Below, one piece after another: positions 38,001 to 51,199 of a stretch of DNA of 64,000 nt (positions within the stretch are counted from its first letter, which is position 1; every line of letters starts with the position of its first letter). Below the pieces are notes generated by a model. The model had not been told where the DNA came from. It worked only from the letters and a program-made list of their open reading frames with translations, and did not search any database. The translations under genes were made by a program, and so were the position numbers. The stretch comes from Hypanus sabinus (taxonomy: Eukaryota). The stretch is from assembly GCF_030144855.1 (NCBI RefSeq), contig NC_082722.1, forward strand, positions 26,722,001 through 26,786,000, given 5' to 3'.

Positions 38001-38350
38001 CCTCCATGCTACTTAGTTTAAAAACACTATGTACAACCTCAGTTAAGCGATTCGCCAGCATCCAGGTCCCATCACCGTTCAGGTGGAGCCCGTCCGAATG
38101 GAACATCTGCCTCGTTCCTCAATACTGGGGCCAGTTTCCCATGAATTCAACCCCACTTCTCCCACACCAATTCTTGAGCTACGCATTTAACTGTCTAATC
38201 TTCTTAACCCTCTGCCAATCTGTACATGGCTCAGGTAGTAATCCATAGATTACGATTTTTTTTTGTTTTGCTTTTTAAGTTAGTCCCTTGCTGCTCAAAA
38301 TCCCTCAGCCGGATATGTTTCCTCGCTCTACTTTTATCGTTGGCCTGCAC
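35100..38350 (-). mobile_element. Long degraded CR1 LINE (esterase ORF1 part, APE, RT)
   Basis: ORF1 DGLHLNGDGTWMLANRL, APE LGRSDHS, RT DVIYLDLQKTFDKVPH and FVDDTKL, 3' taagaccgtaag tail. Confidence 0.9.
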
Positions 38351-38503
38351 GTTTCCCAGCAGGACACAAATAATGTAAAAACAGAACACCCGCTGACTTT
38401 TCCCCGTTGGAAAAGAAAAAAAATCAGATTTCACATTTTACTTCTCGTGTTTCTCGTGCTTCTCATTCAGAGTGAAGTTTGTTTGAAATGCTTACGGTCT
38501 TAC

Positions 38504-38800
38504 CTTTTTCGATAATACAGCTGAAACTGGCAGGAATTTTCAGCGTTTCGTGAGATACCAGGCAGGTGTAAACCATTTTGCCCTGAGTAGGTTGCGCATA
38601 CTCCAAAATACTGGAAGCCTCAAAAAATCCCTCTGAAGTCTCATTTATTGATGTTTCTATGTTGGTAAGAATGTCCATATTATTCTTTCGCCAAAAGATG
38701 TCTATTTATTTCGGATAAAATGCTACAGTTTTACACATGAGTTTCCGGCATTTAGGTAATGTTTCTTCAACACAAATGATTTTCAGAGGAGTTGGCGGAG
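38504..38800 (-). pseudogene. Receptor copy C: C1-set Ig domain exon with one in-frame stop
   Basis: ttttcgtag|...|gtaaga, 297 nt, phase 1/1. Reads PPTPLKIICVEETLPKCRKLMCKTVAFYPK*IDIFWRKNN...EGFFEASSILEY...MVYTCLVSHETLKIPASF, with C1 hallmarks C..FYP, W and YTCxVxH. TAA at 38706-38708. Confidence 0.9.
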
Positions 38801-39952
38801 CTACGAAAAAATAAAACCGACGTAGAATACTTAGCTATTATTTGAAAGCACGCATTCTACGTCTCACGCTGCCACTCTCAATGTTACCGCTGCGGTCGAT
38901 AGAAATCGCCTGAATTTGTCATTTACTAATTGTTTCATCCGGCAGGTAAACATGACAAAACGGGTTTGTTGGTACGTAGTAGACTTAGCGCTTGCTAGGG
39001 TTGAGTTTATTTCTTCATCAAACTGTCCATTTTTGTCCCTACCTCTGCCCTTGTAGGTCAATTTTGCATTCACGCAAAATGAGAGTCAGTGAATCTACAG
39101 TACTATGCTGGTTTCAATGGGATCGGTATTGTGGAGTAGCACACGGATCAAGCTGTTTCTCTCACTGTATAGGTTTTACGCACACGTCCCGTAATTGACA
39201 TTAATGAAGTGGCTTTGTTTGAATTGCGCTTTCGATGGAAAATGAATATATTCCTCTTTAAATTTACTGAATTGTTGTTTACGGTGTTTCGTTATTCCTC
39301 GTTGCCCAAAAGTTCATCGACAATTTGGCAGAGTGAACGATGTTTATTAATTACTTATAAATATTTGTGGCTATACATTTAAGCAACTACTAGATTTAAA
39401 TCGGCGAAATACCTCGAGATGTGGTAGTATAAAAGCAGGCTGAAGAACGGACAGATATCATTTAACCTCGACAATGCTTCGTTTTCAATTAGATGGCTTG
39501 TGATTTGCCATTCGATACAATTAGTTTACAGCTCCCAACATCGAATTAGCTAACCAGATCGAAATTCGTCGTCTAAAATTTAGGTGGTTCAGTTCATCCC
39601 CTGTTTAAAGCTTTTGATTGTTTAAAGTCCTTGGGGCTGGTTGAGGTATAGGTCAAGGCGGGGACAAGCTGGGACGTTGTCTGGGAATATAGGCATAGCA
39701 AAGATATGGTTGGAAGTATCAACGGTCCAGCTAATAAGTTGAGCAAATGCCAATCTCCAGAATCACATGGAAATAATAAATGGAAAAAGCCGAAGGATCT
39801 AACATGATGTTTTATTTTTTTAAGGATGTAAAACAAATTAGTGGTATAAATTTTAAACCAGCAATACAATTTCACAATCTTTACACAATCTTGGCTTTTC
39901 CTAAAATGAAAAGAGTTGACCATTTTCGACTTCCAGCAATGAAGCCACTTAC

Positions 39953-40232
39953 TTAACACAATAAGCTGAGAGCCACTTCCATTTCCGAATATTAGTTTCT
40001 GACTTTTCACTTGAAAGTAATACCAGCCGAAGTCTGCATATCTCACATTCAGGAGAGTAAATGTGCCTTTTTCCGTCTGGTTCTTAAAATTCTTTCTGAC
40101 CCTCATTCCACCACGAAACTCCAGCTGTATCTTATAGCATTGGAAATTTGCAGAACATGGATTTAGTTCCACCGATTGACACTTTTAAGGTGGGAATGAA
40201 TTGTTCCACTTTGCACGAAGTTCATTTTGAGG
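39953..40232 (-). pseudogene. Receptor copy C: V-set Ig exon with fused J-like G strand; three stops and a frameshift
   Basis: Reads SK*TSCKVEQFIPTLKVSIGGTKSMFCKFPML*DTAGVSWWNEGQKEF*EPDG, then shifts frame to KGTFTLLNVRYADFGWYYFQVKSQKLIFGNGSGSQLIVL|gtaagt. The second canonical Cys is replaced by Phe. Length of 280 nt is not a multiple of 3. Confidence 0.88.
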
Positions 40233-40407
40233 CTGACAAAATATTACTGAAAATGATGAAAACAATTGCATTCACTGTAGAAAGAATCAACAGGCAAAAT
40301 AGGCAAAAAAAAAGGATATTTTCTATAGCTAAATTTGCTGCTGGTAACAAATGTATAATGTAATAACATATTTGTTTCGAAGACAGGGCACAAAAATTTA
40401 AGCCTAC

Positions 40408-40482
40408 TTGGCCTAAACGCGGCGAGAAGAGCCACGTACCAAACGTTTGTATCCACCAACATTGCCAATGAGAGTGGTCCGT
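40408..40482 (-). CDS. Receptor copy C: leader exon (ATG at 40462)
   Basis: tctttcag|ACGG...ATG; reads MLVDTNVWYVALLAAFRP, then A|gtaggc in phase 1, 175 nt upstream of the V exon. Confidence 0.7.
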
Positions 40483-40579
40483 CTGAAAGATAGAAATTCA
40501 TGGGATATAATAATCAAGTGCTTATTATTGATGAATTATTTATAATGGTCAAGGCTCTGTGGACGCCTTGGATTCAAGA

Positions 40580-41010
40580 AGTTCTGCAGATACCAAAAAC
40601 CCCGAAGAAAGTCCACAAAGTACCAGCGGAGCTCAGTGGGTCAGGCGGCATCAATGGTGAAAAACAAGCAGTCGATGTTCCGGGGTAAGATCCTTCTTCA
40701 GGACTGGAAAGTAATGGGGATAATGTAACAATAAGGAGATGGGGAGGGAAAGGCGTACAAACTGGCAGGTGATGTGAGGGGAGGGGATGTAAAGAGATGG
40801 CACTTGATAGGTGGATTTATATTCCGGCTCGATAGCCTCCAACCTGCTGATATGAACTTAGACTTCTCTATCTTTCAATTATTTTTCCCGTACACCTTTC
40901 ATCGTTTTCTATTTCCCAATATGGGTCCCTTTTTATCCATTCTCTTCTCCTCACCTCGCTTTGCTGCTGCTCCAAATTCACGTTCTTCAATGCTCCATTG
41001 CTATCTCCTA
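40580..41010 (-). mobile_element. Penelope-like tail fragment
   Basis: gcggagctcagtgggtcaggcggcatc...gtcgatgttccgggg...ccttcttcaggactgg plus purine-rich tail. Confidence 0.7.
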
Positions 41011-41449
41011 TCAGATTCCTTCTCATTCAGTACTTGACCACTTTCACATATTGCCCGAGGGTCGATCCGAATTCTCCCAAGGCCTTTCCTATGTACTAGT
41101 CCTTCCCGGTTCACTGCGTCTAAATGATATAAGCTGCAACCTGCTATTGATTCTCTACCCTTAAGTAATTCTAGTACAGCACCGGAAAATGCCTTTCGAC
41201 CAATGATGTCTGTATCGATCATAATTCCATCTGATCGGACGTGTTCTACATCGCACTTTTTTGCCTCTTCAAGGACATGTTTGAATGTCCTTTAACTGTT
41301 GTGATGAAATCAATACTCTCTTGTAGCACTGTGTAAAGTAGCTGCTTCGAAAACCTCATTTATTATTTCCTCTCTTATTTCAAGGCAATGTCCTCTATTA
41401 ACTGCCGCTAACATGCATGAGTGATACTGGTGAAGAAAATGGCAAGATT

Positions 41450-43350
41450 TGAGTATCCCGGTTCACGGTGATATTGAGACACTGTATCGCAGAAAGGAGA
41501 CCTGAATCATCTATAGGTAACGGGTTCAAGCAATTCCCGACAGACATATAATAAGTACTGTAGTACACCGAAGGGAAATCATGAGAGCACTAAGGTAGCA
41601 TGATACAAATCCTGAATATAAAGCATGAGGAAATGAGGAAATAGCAACCGAGAAATCGAGATGACCAAGCTGTTAATTATTATATCCCATCACTGTGTGA
41701 AAAGCAGGGAAGCTAAGAGATTAAGGGGAAAAAGCATAATGTTATTTTAACAGATACACATGAAAAATGGAGACGTGGGGGAACAGGGTGCTCACGGTGT
41801 AAGAACACAGTCCTTTTGATGAACATACGACACCTGATTAAGTGTATCCTTTGACATTTTGAGAAGCTAGAGGAGAAATGGTAAGGCCGATGGCAAAGAT
41901 ATCAGCATCGTCTTTAACCAGGTTTGTGTTACCGCAGCATTGACAAATGTGCATTTATTTAAGAAGATCTGCAAGGAAACAGAGGAGATTTGAAGATGGC
42001 GATTCCCAACATCGGTGCGTGGAAAGATATTGCAGTGGATCGGAGGAAGAGAATCTATCAACATTCGGAAATGCAGAGGTTGAAATACTGACAATAGCAT
42101 GGATTTCTCATTTGGAATCTCATCTCACAAATTTGATTGAGTAGTTTTGAAGAGGTGATGAAGAAAATTTCTGAGTGCAGCAACTGGACTTGTCCGTCAT
42201 TGACTTTTGCAAGATCTCCTATCACAGGCTTGCATAGAAAGGTAGATGAAATGGGAGCCAGGGACAGCCAGCCACCTGAGCATAAGAATACAAAGTAGGT
42301 TTGGTAGAGAGAGTCAGACGGTGACAGTGAAAATTTGATATCCAGAATGACCGCCTGCATCTAGCGATGTAATAAACTGGAAGTTTCCAGTTCTAGTATT
42401 GTTTGCCATCTCTGAAATATTCAGATGAAAACATTTTTAACTTCGGTAATATCATTCATAATGGAAAAAAAATTGTATATTCGACTAAAATAACTGAATG
42501 CAAACTGCGAAAGTAGGGCAAGCAAGTGCAGATAGAATATAACTCAGCCATTTGCGAACTGTTGTCTTTTCGTTTGTTAAACCAGTGCAGTAATTGCACA
42601 GTAGACTGCCCAGGATGTTGAAGTAATATGACGTGACTGAGGGGTACATGCATTGATCTTTGAAAGCGACAACACGGTTGGACAGTGGTGAAGAAGGTGC
42701 CTGTCACATCTATTTAACAGTTGTAGTACCGTGTACAACATCTGGGCCGTCATGCTCACTGTACAAGTCGTTGGTAAAACCGACTCAGAGTATTCTGAGC
42801 ACTTCTGATCAGCCAGGTGAAGAAACGGCGCGAGTGAACTTCAAATACTGCAGGAGAGATTCGTAAATACATTTGCAGGAAGCATGTTTTTCGCTGTAAG
42901 GCGAGTCTGGGTTTACTCGTCCCTCGAGCACAGGAGGTTCACTAGTGACGTAAGCAGGGGGAATGGTTACAGTCTTTTACCCAGAGTAGCCGAATCAAAA
43001 CTCAGAATGCATCGATTCAAGAAGAGAGACAAAACATTTAAATGGATCTGGGGCAAGTTTTCCAAAGCAAAGGGGTTTGATAACTTGAATAGTGTACGGG
43101 ATGATTCTGTAGAGCTGTGTACAATTGTAACGTGTTAGGAACATTTGGATTGGGACACAGGTAGAAGAAGTTTATTGTGATACGGTTAAAACGCAAGAAA
43201 ATGTGTCTAGCTGGGTCGAAGTCCTGGTGCAGTGCCATATGAGACCATGGATCCATTTGGGAGTGGTGAGGTGGTTCCTTGGATTGCTGGGGATAGTGGG
43301 GCGTTGTCAGAATAGTATAGGGTTAATGTGTTGCTTATATAACTGATGTT
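41450..43350 (+). mobile_element. Patchwork of old CR1/L2-type LINE fragments
   Basis: Degraded APE, RT and 3' segments similar to the other CR1 copies. Confidence 0.55.
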
Positions 43351-44199
43351 TGATAGTAGGTATGGACAGGGTCGCGCGAATGTGCTCTGTAAATGGATAG
43401 CTTATTCCAGTAAGCCAGCAGAGTATTCTCCGATTTTTGTTTTTTCATTTTGGAAGATTTGAGAAGTTATGAATTTTAACAAAAAATCATATGTTTAAAA
43501 CGTTTTCGATTTGACAGTTCCACTTAACTCTGAAGGTTATTCGATTAATTTTCTCACGAGGCTTTTCCGACACTTCAGGAAACCCCACGAATTGTGCAAT
43601 ATCTGCCTATTACCATGTGTATGTCGTGATCACGTAAAATCTTTCCGCAGCTCTCAGGAACGTTGTCATAGTTAAAAACTACCTACAGGCATATTGCAGG
43701 GATTGCAAATTCCACTGTACATGGAGTATAATGTGAAAGGTGCTCCGTAGAGTAGGGAGAATCCAAGAATGGGAAACGAAATCACTCCCTTACTTTGCAA
43801 CCATTCATCGGACGATCGATCAGAAGTCTTAGATCTGTTTCTCTTTCCCCGATGCTGGATGATCAACTGTTAATCTTCATTTTTCCTCTCCTTTTTGCGG
43901 ACATCCTTTCTTTTTGTAAAAAAATTGCTGCTGTTGTCCAGAAATCCCTGTGCTATACAACCAGATATTCATTCCCATGGTTTAGTGTTTCTTCATTCGT
44001 ATCTTTGAAAACACAGCGAGTAGATCGAGCCCAAGACCAAAATATCATGCTGCAGGCTCCTGCTACCCTTCTTTCAGCGGCAGCTGTGGAAGCAATTGTC
44101 CGTCAAGCACAGCACGTTACATTTAGCTGCCAGTGTTGGCATTTCCCTCTAATGTCCATTATTTTCTCAAATGACTGATAAAAAAGCATTAATATCAGT

Positions 44200-44980
44200 A
44201 ACGCAAAGATTCTGCAAATTCTGGAAATCCAGAGCAACAGACACAAGGTGAACTCAGCAGATCAGGCCACATCTATGGAAGTGAATAAACGGTCAACGTT
44301 TCGGTCCGAGTCCCTTCATTAGGACTGGAAAGAAGGTGGGAAAATTCTAGAATAAAATGGTGGTGGTATGGAGGACGAATTAGAAGGTGATAAATTAAGC
44401 CAGGTTGAGGGGTTATTGGGGGAGGGGGAAAGAGGAGCGTGTGCAGTTGGGCGGTGGGCTGAAGTAAGAATCTGGGAGGTAAGAGGATGAAAATGCGAAG
44501 AGCTGGAGAATAAAGAATCTAATAGGAGAGGAGAGCAGACTACGCGAGAAAGGGAAGGAAGTGGGACGGAAGTGGAGGTTGTCTGCAGGAGTGCAGTGGA
44601 GATAAGAGGTGGGATCAGAAGAGAGACGTGGGAGGGAAAAATACTTGAATGAAAAGTCGATATTCATGTCGTCAGGTTGGAGGCTACCGAGCCTGAATCC
44701 GAGTTGTTACTCGCCCACCCAGAGAATAGCCTCATGAAGGCGTAAGATGAGGACATGAATCGACATGTCGGGAAGTGAATAGGTAGGAATAAAAATAATT
44801 GACCACACGCAAATCCGCATTTTGGGATGACTGGAGGTGCTTAAAAAGTTGTTCCCAGTTTACGTCGAGTCTCAACAATATAAAGGAGGCAGCATTGGTT
44901 GCTCTGGCTACAGTCGACTGCCCTAGTGTTTCGCAGGTGAAGTGTTGCCTCACTGTTTGCGGCCCTGAATGAAGGTGATA
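44200..44980 (-). mobile_element. Penelope-like element 3' fragment
   Basis: ORF 44732-44953 RQHFTCE... (degraded GIY-YIG), with a tail homologous to 3975-4300. Confidence 0.8.
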
Positions 44981-45869
44981 AAACTATAATTTTTAAGTTG
45001 TCTTCATTCCTTCTAGACTCAATTTTTTTTTTTTTGATTCGAAACAAACTGATGTCTTCACCCATCTTAGTACAGGTTTGACAACACTTCAAAGTCATTT
45101 ACATAGATATGTCAGTCTAGAACCTAGCTCGGTTGTGAAATCAATTGCACAAATAATATCCTTTTATTCATAGACCGGCCACTTCTTTGTTTCACTGTAC
45201 TATCTGACGTCTATATCAGACCACATTTCATTATTTTCTGCTTTAATGAAAATAAACCGCAATCATTCTCCAAATAGTTTCTCATGATGTAACTGTTCAC
45301 GCTTAGAAGGCAGTCGGCAATCGCTACGCTTAAAGATTAAAACTTAAAACTTTGTTTTATTTAACATTGTAATGAAGCTTCTAATTATTCTCTTTCCAGA
45401 AGGCACACGCGATAGAATCGAATCACGGATATCGCAGAAAAAAACATTAGAAACATTCAATTGCGAAGAAGAGGCTTCGAAGTCACTTTTTTAAAATAAA
45501 AAAAATGATCAATTTCTGTAACCTAAACTTGGAGCTTTAAACGAAGCAAATCGATTTCTGAGACACCTGTAAATTTTAACCACAAAGGCTTTCTATGATG
45601 TCATCAGCGGGCCCGTTAGTGCATTTCTATACCCTGATATTCGTAATCTCCTGTTAACCTGCACGAGCAGTTGGCTGTAGATCTTCAGCTGAAAGAAAAC
45701 ATTGAATCATGGAGTGCATCACGCCAGAGGACTGTTCCACCTGCTTCATCCATTCAGAACGAAAATATTTACGTCGCCATTCTTACCTACTTCCAGCACG
45801 GTAGCACTTTCTAACAGCTTGTTCTATAACCCTACCGTCCTCTGTCCATTAGAAAAGCATGCTGTTGCC

Positions 45870-46320
45870 AGCTCCCCTTTAAGTTTTTTTCTCTCTCAGT
45901 TCACAACTATGTCTTCCATATTTGGATCCCCTGTATTGAGAAAACGGCTGTGAACATCGTGTATATTAATGACCGTAACAATTGTGTTTTTTTTTCTAAT
46001 ACATAAGGTAGCCTGTAGTCCAGAGTAAACAATCCATGTCTATCCAATCTCTCCGTGCCACTAAAACATTCCATTCCAGGCAATGTCCCAGAGAATCTCT
46101 TTTGCACTCGTTCTAACTCTACTACGTGCTAACTGTGGACCAGAAGACCAGACGACACTCAATGACCGGCCTATCCATTGTCTACTGGTACAACTTGATG
46201 TCCCAGCTCTTGTCAATATATTGCCAAGAGGACAAGGCTGCTAAACGCCTTCTTATCTGGATCCTGATGTGTCGTTGTTTCGTGCACCGTAACAACGTGC
46301 ACCTTTGTGCATCAAAGCTT
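45870..46320 (-). mobile_element. CR1 LINE fragment
   Basis: MQKRFSGTLPGMECFSGTERLDRHGLFTL. Confidence 0.7.
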
Positions 46321-47149
46321 CTAATATCCCTCCACTATATCCTGTTAGTACTCCCGGCAGAGCAAATCACAAGAGTTTCACAAGAGAAATCCAGAGCAGC
46401 AAACAGAAGATGCTGGAGCAACTCAGCCTGGACCAACAATTACTCCAAGCAGGAATTTTTGCCATGGCTTGTAAAAGCATTATGTACGGACTAGAGGTTA
46501 ACTAACAATTATCTAACAAGTTCCATTCTGAGCTGACTGTTACAATTTCTAATAGCGTTGCAATTTGAAACACTGACAATATAATACGTTAAAGCACTAA
46601 AACGTTACATGGTAATGGTTATAACACTTTTATTATTTGCAAAACAGATGGCTTATATACACCAAGAATAAATTCCGGGGTATTTCATAATTATATTTAC
46701 ATAGATTTCAAAATTATATTAGCAACGTGTGCGGGAGTGCTTCAGCTACCACGCGGGGGCGCACCCACAGAAATTAGAGGGGACATTAATCTCAAGTATA
46801 TACAAAGTACATAGATGGGAGGTTGGTTTCCTGACGAACTGAGCTGTGTACATAACCATCTTTATTTTTGCTATCTTAGGCAAACTCCCACTGTCAACAT
46901 TTTGGGTATTAATAATAAGATATGACATTTGGCACATTTACTTGAATGTAGAAATACAAACAGTATTTATGAGTAGTAAGATCGAAGGGATTTGAGATGC
47001 AAAGTGACCTGAGAGAACGAAGCCAATGAATGATTCGAGATGGGAAATCTACCCCAGCCACCCATCATTCAGACAGATCTCCAAGCAGCAAGTGGGCAGA
47101 AGGGGTCACAGGTAGGCCAGAAAACGAGGATGCAGATCAAGATAATCAG

Positions 47150-50100
47150 TCATAAGACTGTAACACCATAAGATATAGGAGCAGATTCTGGCTTTTTGAC
47201 GGTGGGGTCTGCTCCACCATTTCTTGCTGAGACCGTAAGACCATAAGGCTATAAGATACAGGAGCAGAAGTCGACTATTCGGTTCATCGAGTCTCCACCT
47301 CCTTACAATCGTGGGCTGATGCAATTCTTCTAGTCACCCACATTCCCCTGCCTTCTTTGCATACCTTTGATGCCCCGGCTAATCATGAACCTCTCTATCT
47401 CTGCCATAGGTACACCTGATCACTAAGTCTCCACAACTGCTCGTGAGAACAAATTGCACAGATGTACCACCCTCTGACTGAAGTTATTTCCCCTCATCTT
47501 AGTTCTAAATGGATGTCCTTCAATACTGAAATCGTGCCCTCTTGTACTAGATTCCCCAAGCATGAGAAATAACTGATCTGTTCAAGCCTTTTAACATTCG
47601 GAATGTTTCTGTGAGATCCCCCCTCATTCTCCTGAACTCCAGGGAAAACAGCTCAAGGCCTCTGAGACGTTCCTCATGCGGTTACCCTTTCATTCCTGGA
47701 ATCATTCTTGTGAATAGTCCATGCACTATCTCCAAAGCCAATCTATCCTTTCTAAATCATGGAGTCCAAAATTGCACACAGTAGTCCGTCTGGTCTCACG
47801 AGTGCCTTACAGAGCCTCAACATCACAACCCTGCTCTTATATTCTATACCTCCAGAACTGAATGCGTGGTCCTTCATCACAACCGAGTCAACCTGGCGGT
47901 TAACCTTTAGAGTATCTTGTGCAAGGACTCCCAAGTTCCTTTGCACGTCTGCATTTTGAATTATCTCACCACCTTTATATTGCTCTGCCTGTTTAATTCT
48001 TCCCCAGAAGTGCATGGCCATGTACTTTCCAACATGTTATTTCATTTGCCCCTTCTTTGTCCATTCCCCTAAACTATTTAAGTCTCTCGGCAGGCTCTCT
48101 TTTTCCTCAGCTCTACCCACTCCTCCACCTATCTTTGTATCATCGGCAAATTTAGCCACAAATCTATTAATGTCGTAGTCCAAATCATTGGCATGCGGCA
48201 TAAAAAGCAGCTGTCCCAACATGAACCCCTGCAGAGCTCCACTAGCAACTGGCAGCCGGCCAGAATAGGATCCCTTAATTCCCATTCTCTGATTTATGCT
48301 GACTAGTTAATGCTCCATCTATGCTAATAAATTCCTGTAATTCCATGGGCTCTTATCTTGCTAAGCAGATTCACGTGCGGTACCTTATCAAAGGCCTCTT
48401 GAAAACAAAGTACACCACATCTACTGCATCTACGCTACTTCAAAGAATTGCAGCTGGCTTGTCAGGCAGGGTTTCCTTTCAGGAACCCATGCCGGCTTTG
48501 GCCTGCCTTGTCTCGTGCCTCCAGATACTCTGAAATCTCAATCTCATTCCTAACAATCGATTCCTACAACTTACCAACCACTGATGTCAGGCTAACAGGT
48601 CTATAGTTTCCTTTCCTCTGCCTCCCACACTTTTTAAATACCGGAGTAACAGTTACAATTTTCCTGTCATCCAGTCCAATGCCAGAATCTATAGATTCTT
48701 GAAAGATCATTGTTTATGCCTCCACAATCTCTCCAGCAACTTCCTTCAGAACCTCAGGGTGCATTCTATCAGGTCCAAAAGATTTATCCACTTTCAGCCT
48801 TTTAAACTTCCCGAGCACCTCCTCAGTCGTAATTTGCACTGCATAGATTTTACTGCCATTACACTCTTGAATGTCCAGTATTCTGCAGCCGTCTTCCACT
48901 GTGAAGACGGATGAAAAATACGCATGCAGTTCCTCTACCAGCTCTGAATCTCCCATCACATTATCTCCAGCGTTATTTTGCATTGGTCCCATATCTACCC
49001 TCGACTCTCGTTTACCCTTTAAATACTAATAAAAAATATTTTAGTATCTTCTTTGACATTAGTCACTAGCTTCCTTTAATAATTCCTCTCTTCATTCCTA
49101 ATGACCTTCTCAAATTCCTTCTGCAAGCTTTCAAAAGCTTTCCAATCCACTATCTTCCCAGTAGCTCCGGTGTCCTTGCATGCCCTCGCTTTCGCTTTTG
49201 CTTTGGCTCTGGCTTCACCTGACAGCCACGGTAGTGTCCTTCGTCCCTTTGAAAATTTCTTCTTATTCGGAATGTATCTTTCTTGCACTTCCCTCATATT
49301 TTTTGGCAGAGACTCCAGCCATTGCTGCTCTACTCTACTTAATGAAGTGTCACTTTCCCGTCAACATCGACCATTTGCCCTCTCATGCCATTGTAACTTC
49401 ATTTCTTCCACTGAAATAGTCACACATTGGATTCTATTTTTTCTCTCTCAGATTTCAATGTGAAATCGATCATGTTGTGATCTCTGCTTCTTAAGGGTTC
49501 CTAGGACGTGAGCTAACAATGGCAGCCATCGTTCAGTCAAGGTTCAGCGATGAACGCAACGTCTGATTTGCCAATCTGTAGCTGAATTTCAAGATCGTCC
49601 ATTTCATTCTTTATGTTGGGTGCATTCAAGTATAACACTTTCAGTCCAGTATTTGTTGATTTCTTGTTTAACTACTCCATGCCTGTTTTGCTCTGCAACT
49701 GATGCCAATGGCTGCGATTAAGACTCATCTCCTCCCTGTTTGTTTTCTCTCTATAAACTCTTCTGCACTCTATCTTTCATTTATTTCTGTTCTCCCCTTC
49801 CTCGACCCTCGATCCCTCGAACACTCCGGTACCCAACCCCACCCCCGTCAAATTAGTTTAAGCTCTCCCTAACAGACGTATTAAATGTGCCCGCTAGGAT
49901 ATTGGACCCCATTGGTTTCAGATGCATCCGTCCTTTTTTTACAGTTCGTAGCTCCCCGAGAAGAAGCCCCAATGATCCAGGAATCTGAAGCCCTGCCGCC
50001 TACAGCAGTCTCTCAGCCATACATTAATACTCCTCATCATGCTATTTTTGCACTCGCTGGCGGTGGCACAGGGAGCGATAATAAGTTTAGTACCTTAGAA

Positions 50101-50990
50101 GTCCGTCTTTTCAGCTTCTGACCTAACTCCCTGAATTCTCTCTTCAGGACCTTCTCTCTTTTTCTACCTTTGTCATTCTTATCAACGTGTACCAGGACTT
50201 CTGGCTTTTTACCCTCTCCCTACAGAATACTCTGCACCCGATCCGAGACCCCCCGTACCCTGGCTCCTGGGAGTTAACGCATCATGCAGGTACCCCTATC
50301 AGTCTGACAGAACCTCCTGTCTGTTCCCCTCACTATGGAATACCCTTTGATTATTTCATTCCTCATCTTCCTCTTTCCCTTCGGTACCACGGAACCAGGC
50401 ACAGAGCCACAGACCCAATCGTTGTGGTCGTCCTCTGTCAAGTCATCCCCGTCAACCGCTTCCAAAACGAAATAACGATTGCAGAGTTGGGCTGGCCACA
50501 GCGGTGTTCCACTATCTGAGCTCTTCCCCTCGCTTCGCTGACCGTCACACAGTTACCTAACTCATGCAGTGTCGGGTGCGTAACTCGCTATAGCTCCTCT
50601 CTATCTCCTGTTCACTCTCCCTAATAAGCTGTAGATCAACGAGCCGCAGCTTTAGATCCCGAACACGGTCTGTCAGGGGCTGTATCTCGGTGCACCTGGC
50701 GTAGATGTGGCCTTCTGGGAGAATGGATGATTCCCAGGATTCCCAGATCTGACACTCCGTGCAAAATACTATCCCTACCAACATGCGCTCAATTCCTTAA
50801 AAACTGCCGCGAAAAACCAGGGACGAAGTCCACCTACCCACTGACCTCGCCGAAGCCTCAATGAGCCAAAGCCTGTCGCTTCTACTCTCACCACTGGCCT
50901 CCTCCCGATAATGGCCGCTCCGCTTAACCAGTCTGTACTTTTATTTAGTTCGCCGAGCTCAGTTGCCACCGCTGATAGGCCCCGCACAAT
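47150..50990 (-). mobile_element. Near full-length degraded CR1 LINE (ORF1 zinc finger and esterase, partial ORF2)
   Basis: ORF1 VFCTECQIWE...ARCTEIQPLTDRVRDL and SIVRGTDRRFC; RT GALQGFMLGQLLF...AKFADDTKIGG; taagaccataag tail repeats at 47155-47260. Confidence 0.9.
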
Positions 50991-51199
50991 GGACTAACGC
51001 CTGCGAAGCTTTCCTTTAAAATAACTGAGTTATCAATACCGTCTATAAGCAGGAATTTGTTACCGAACGATTGAAAATTGGCGAATGGGCCGTCATTTAA
51101 AAAGGTCCGCAAGTGGGAAGCCAAATATCAGTGCTGGGAAAGATACTGGAATGAAGGACAGAATCTATCTGAATCTGGAAAGGCGAGTAACATGCAAGT

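Noticed and set aside
38350-38410. TM-like VFCFYIICVLLG just after copy C's C1 exon
   Set aside because: No AG acceptor (ccaa|), T-rich sequence, cut by a CR1 and unlike other TM exons. A truncated TM exon with a mutated acceptor cannot be excluded, but it is unsupported.
39900-40300. Rearranging Ig/TCR V segment
   Set aside because: The J-like sequence is already inside the V exon, and I found no heptamer/nonamer RSS at the appropriate positions.
45659-45688. 30-nt AG/GT-bounded micro-exon on the minus strand
   Set aside because: No paralogous copy, no linked exons and a weak donor (gttaac).
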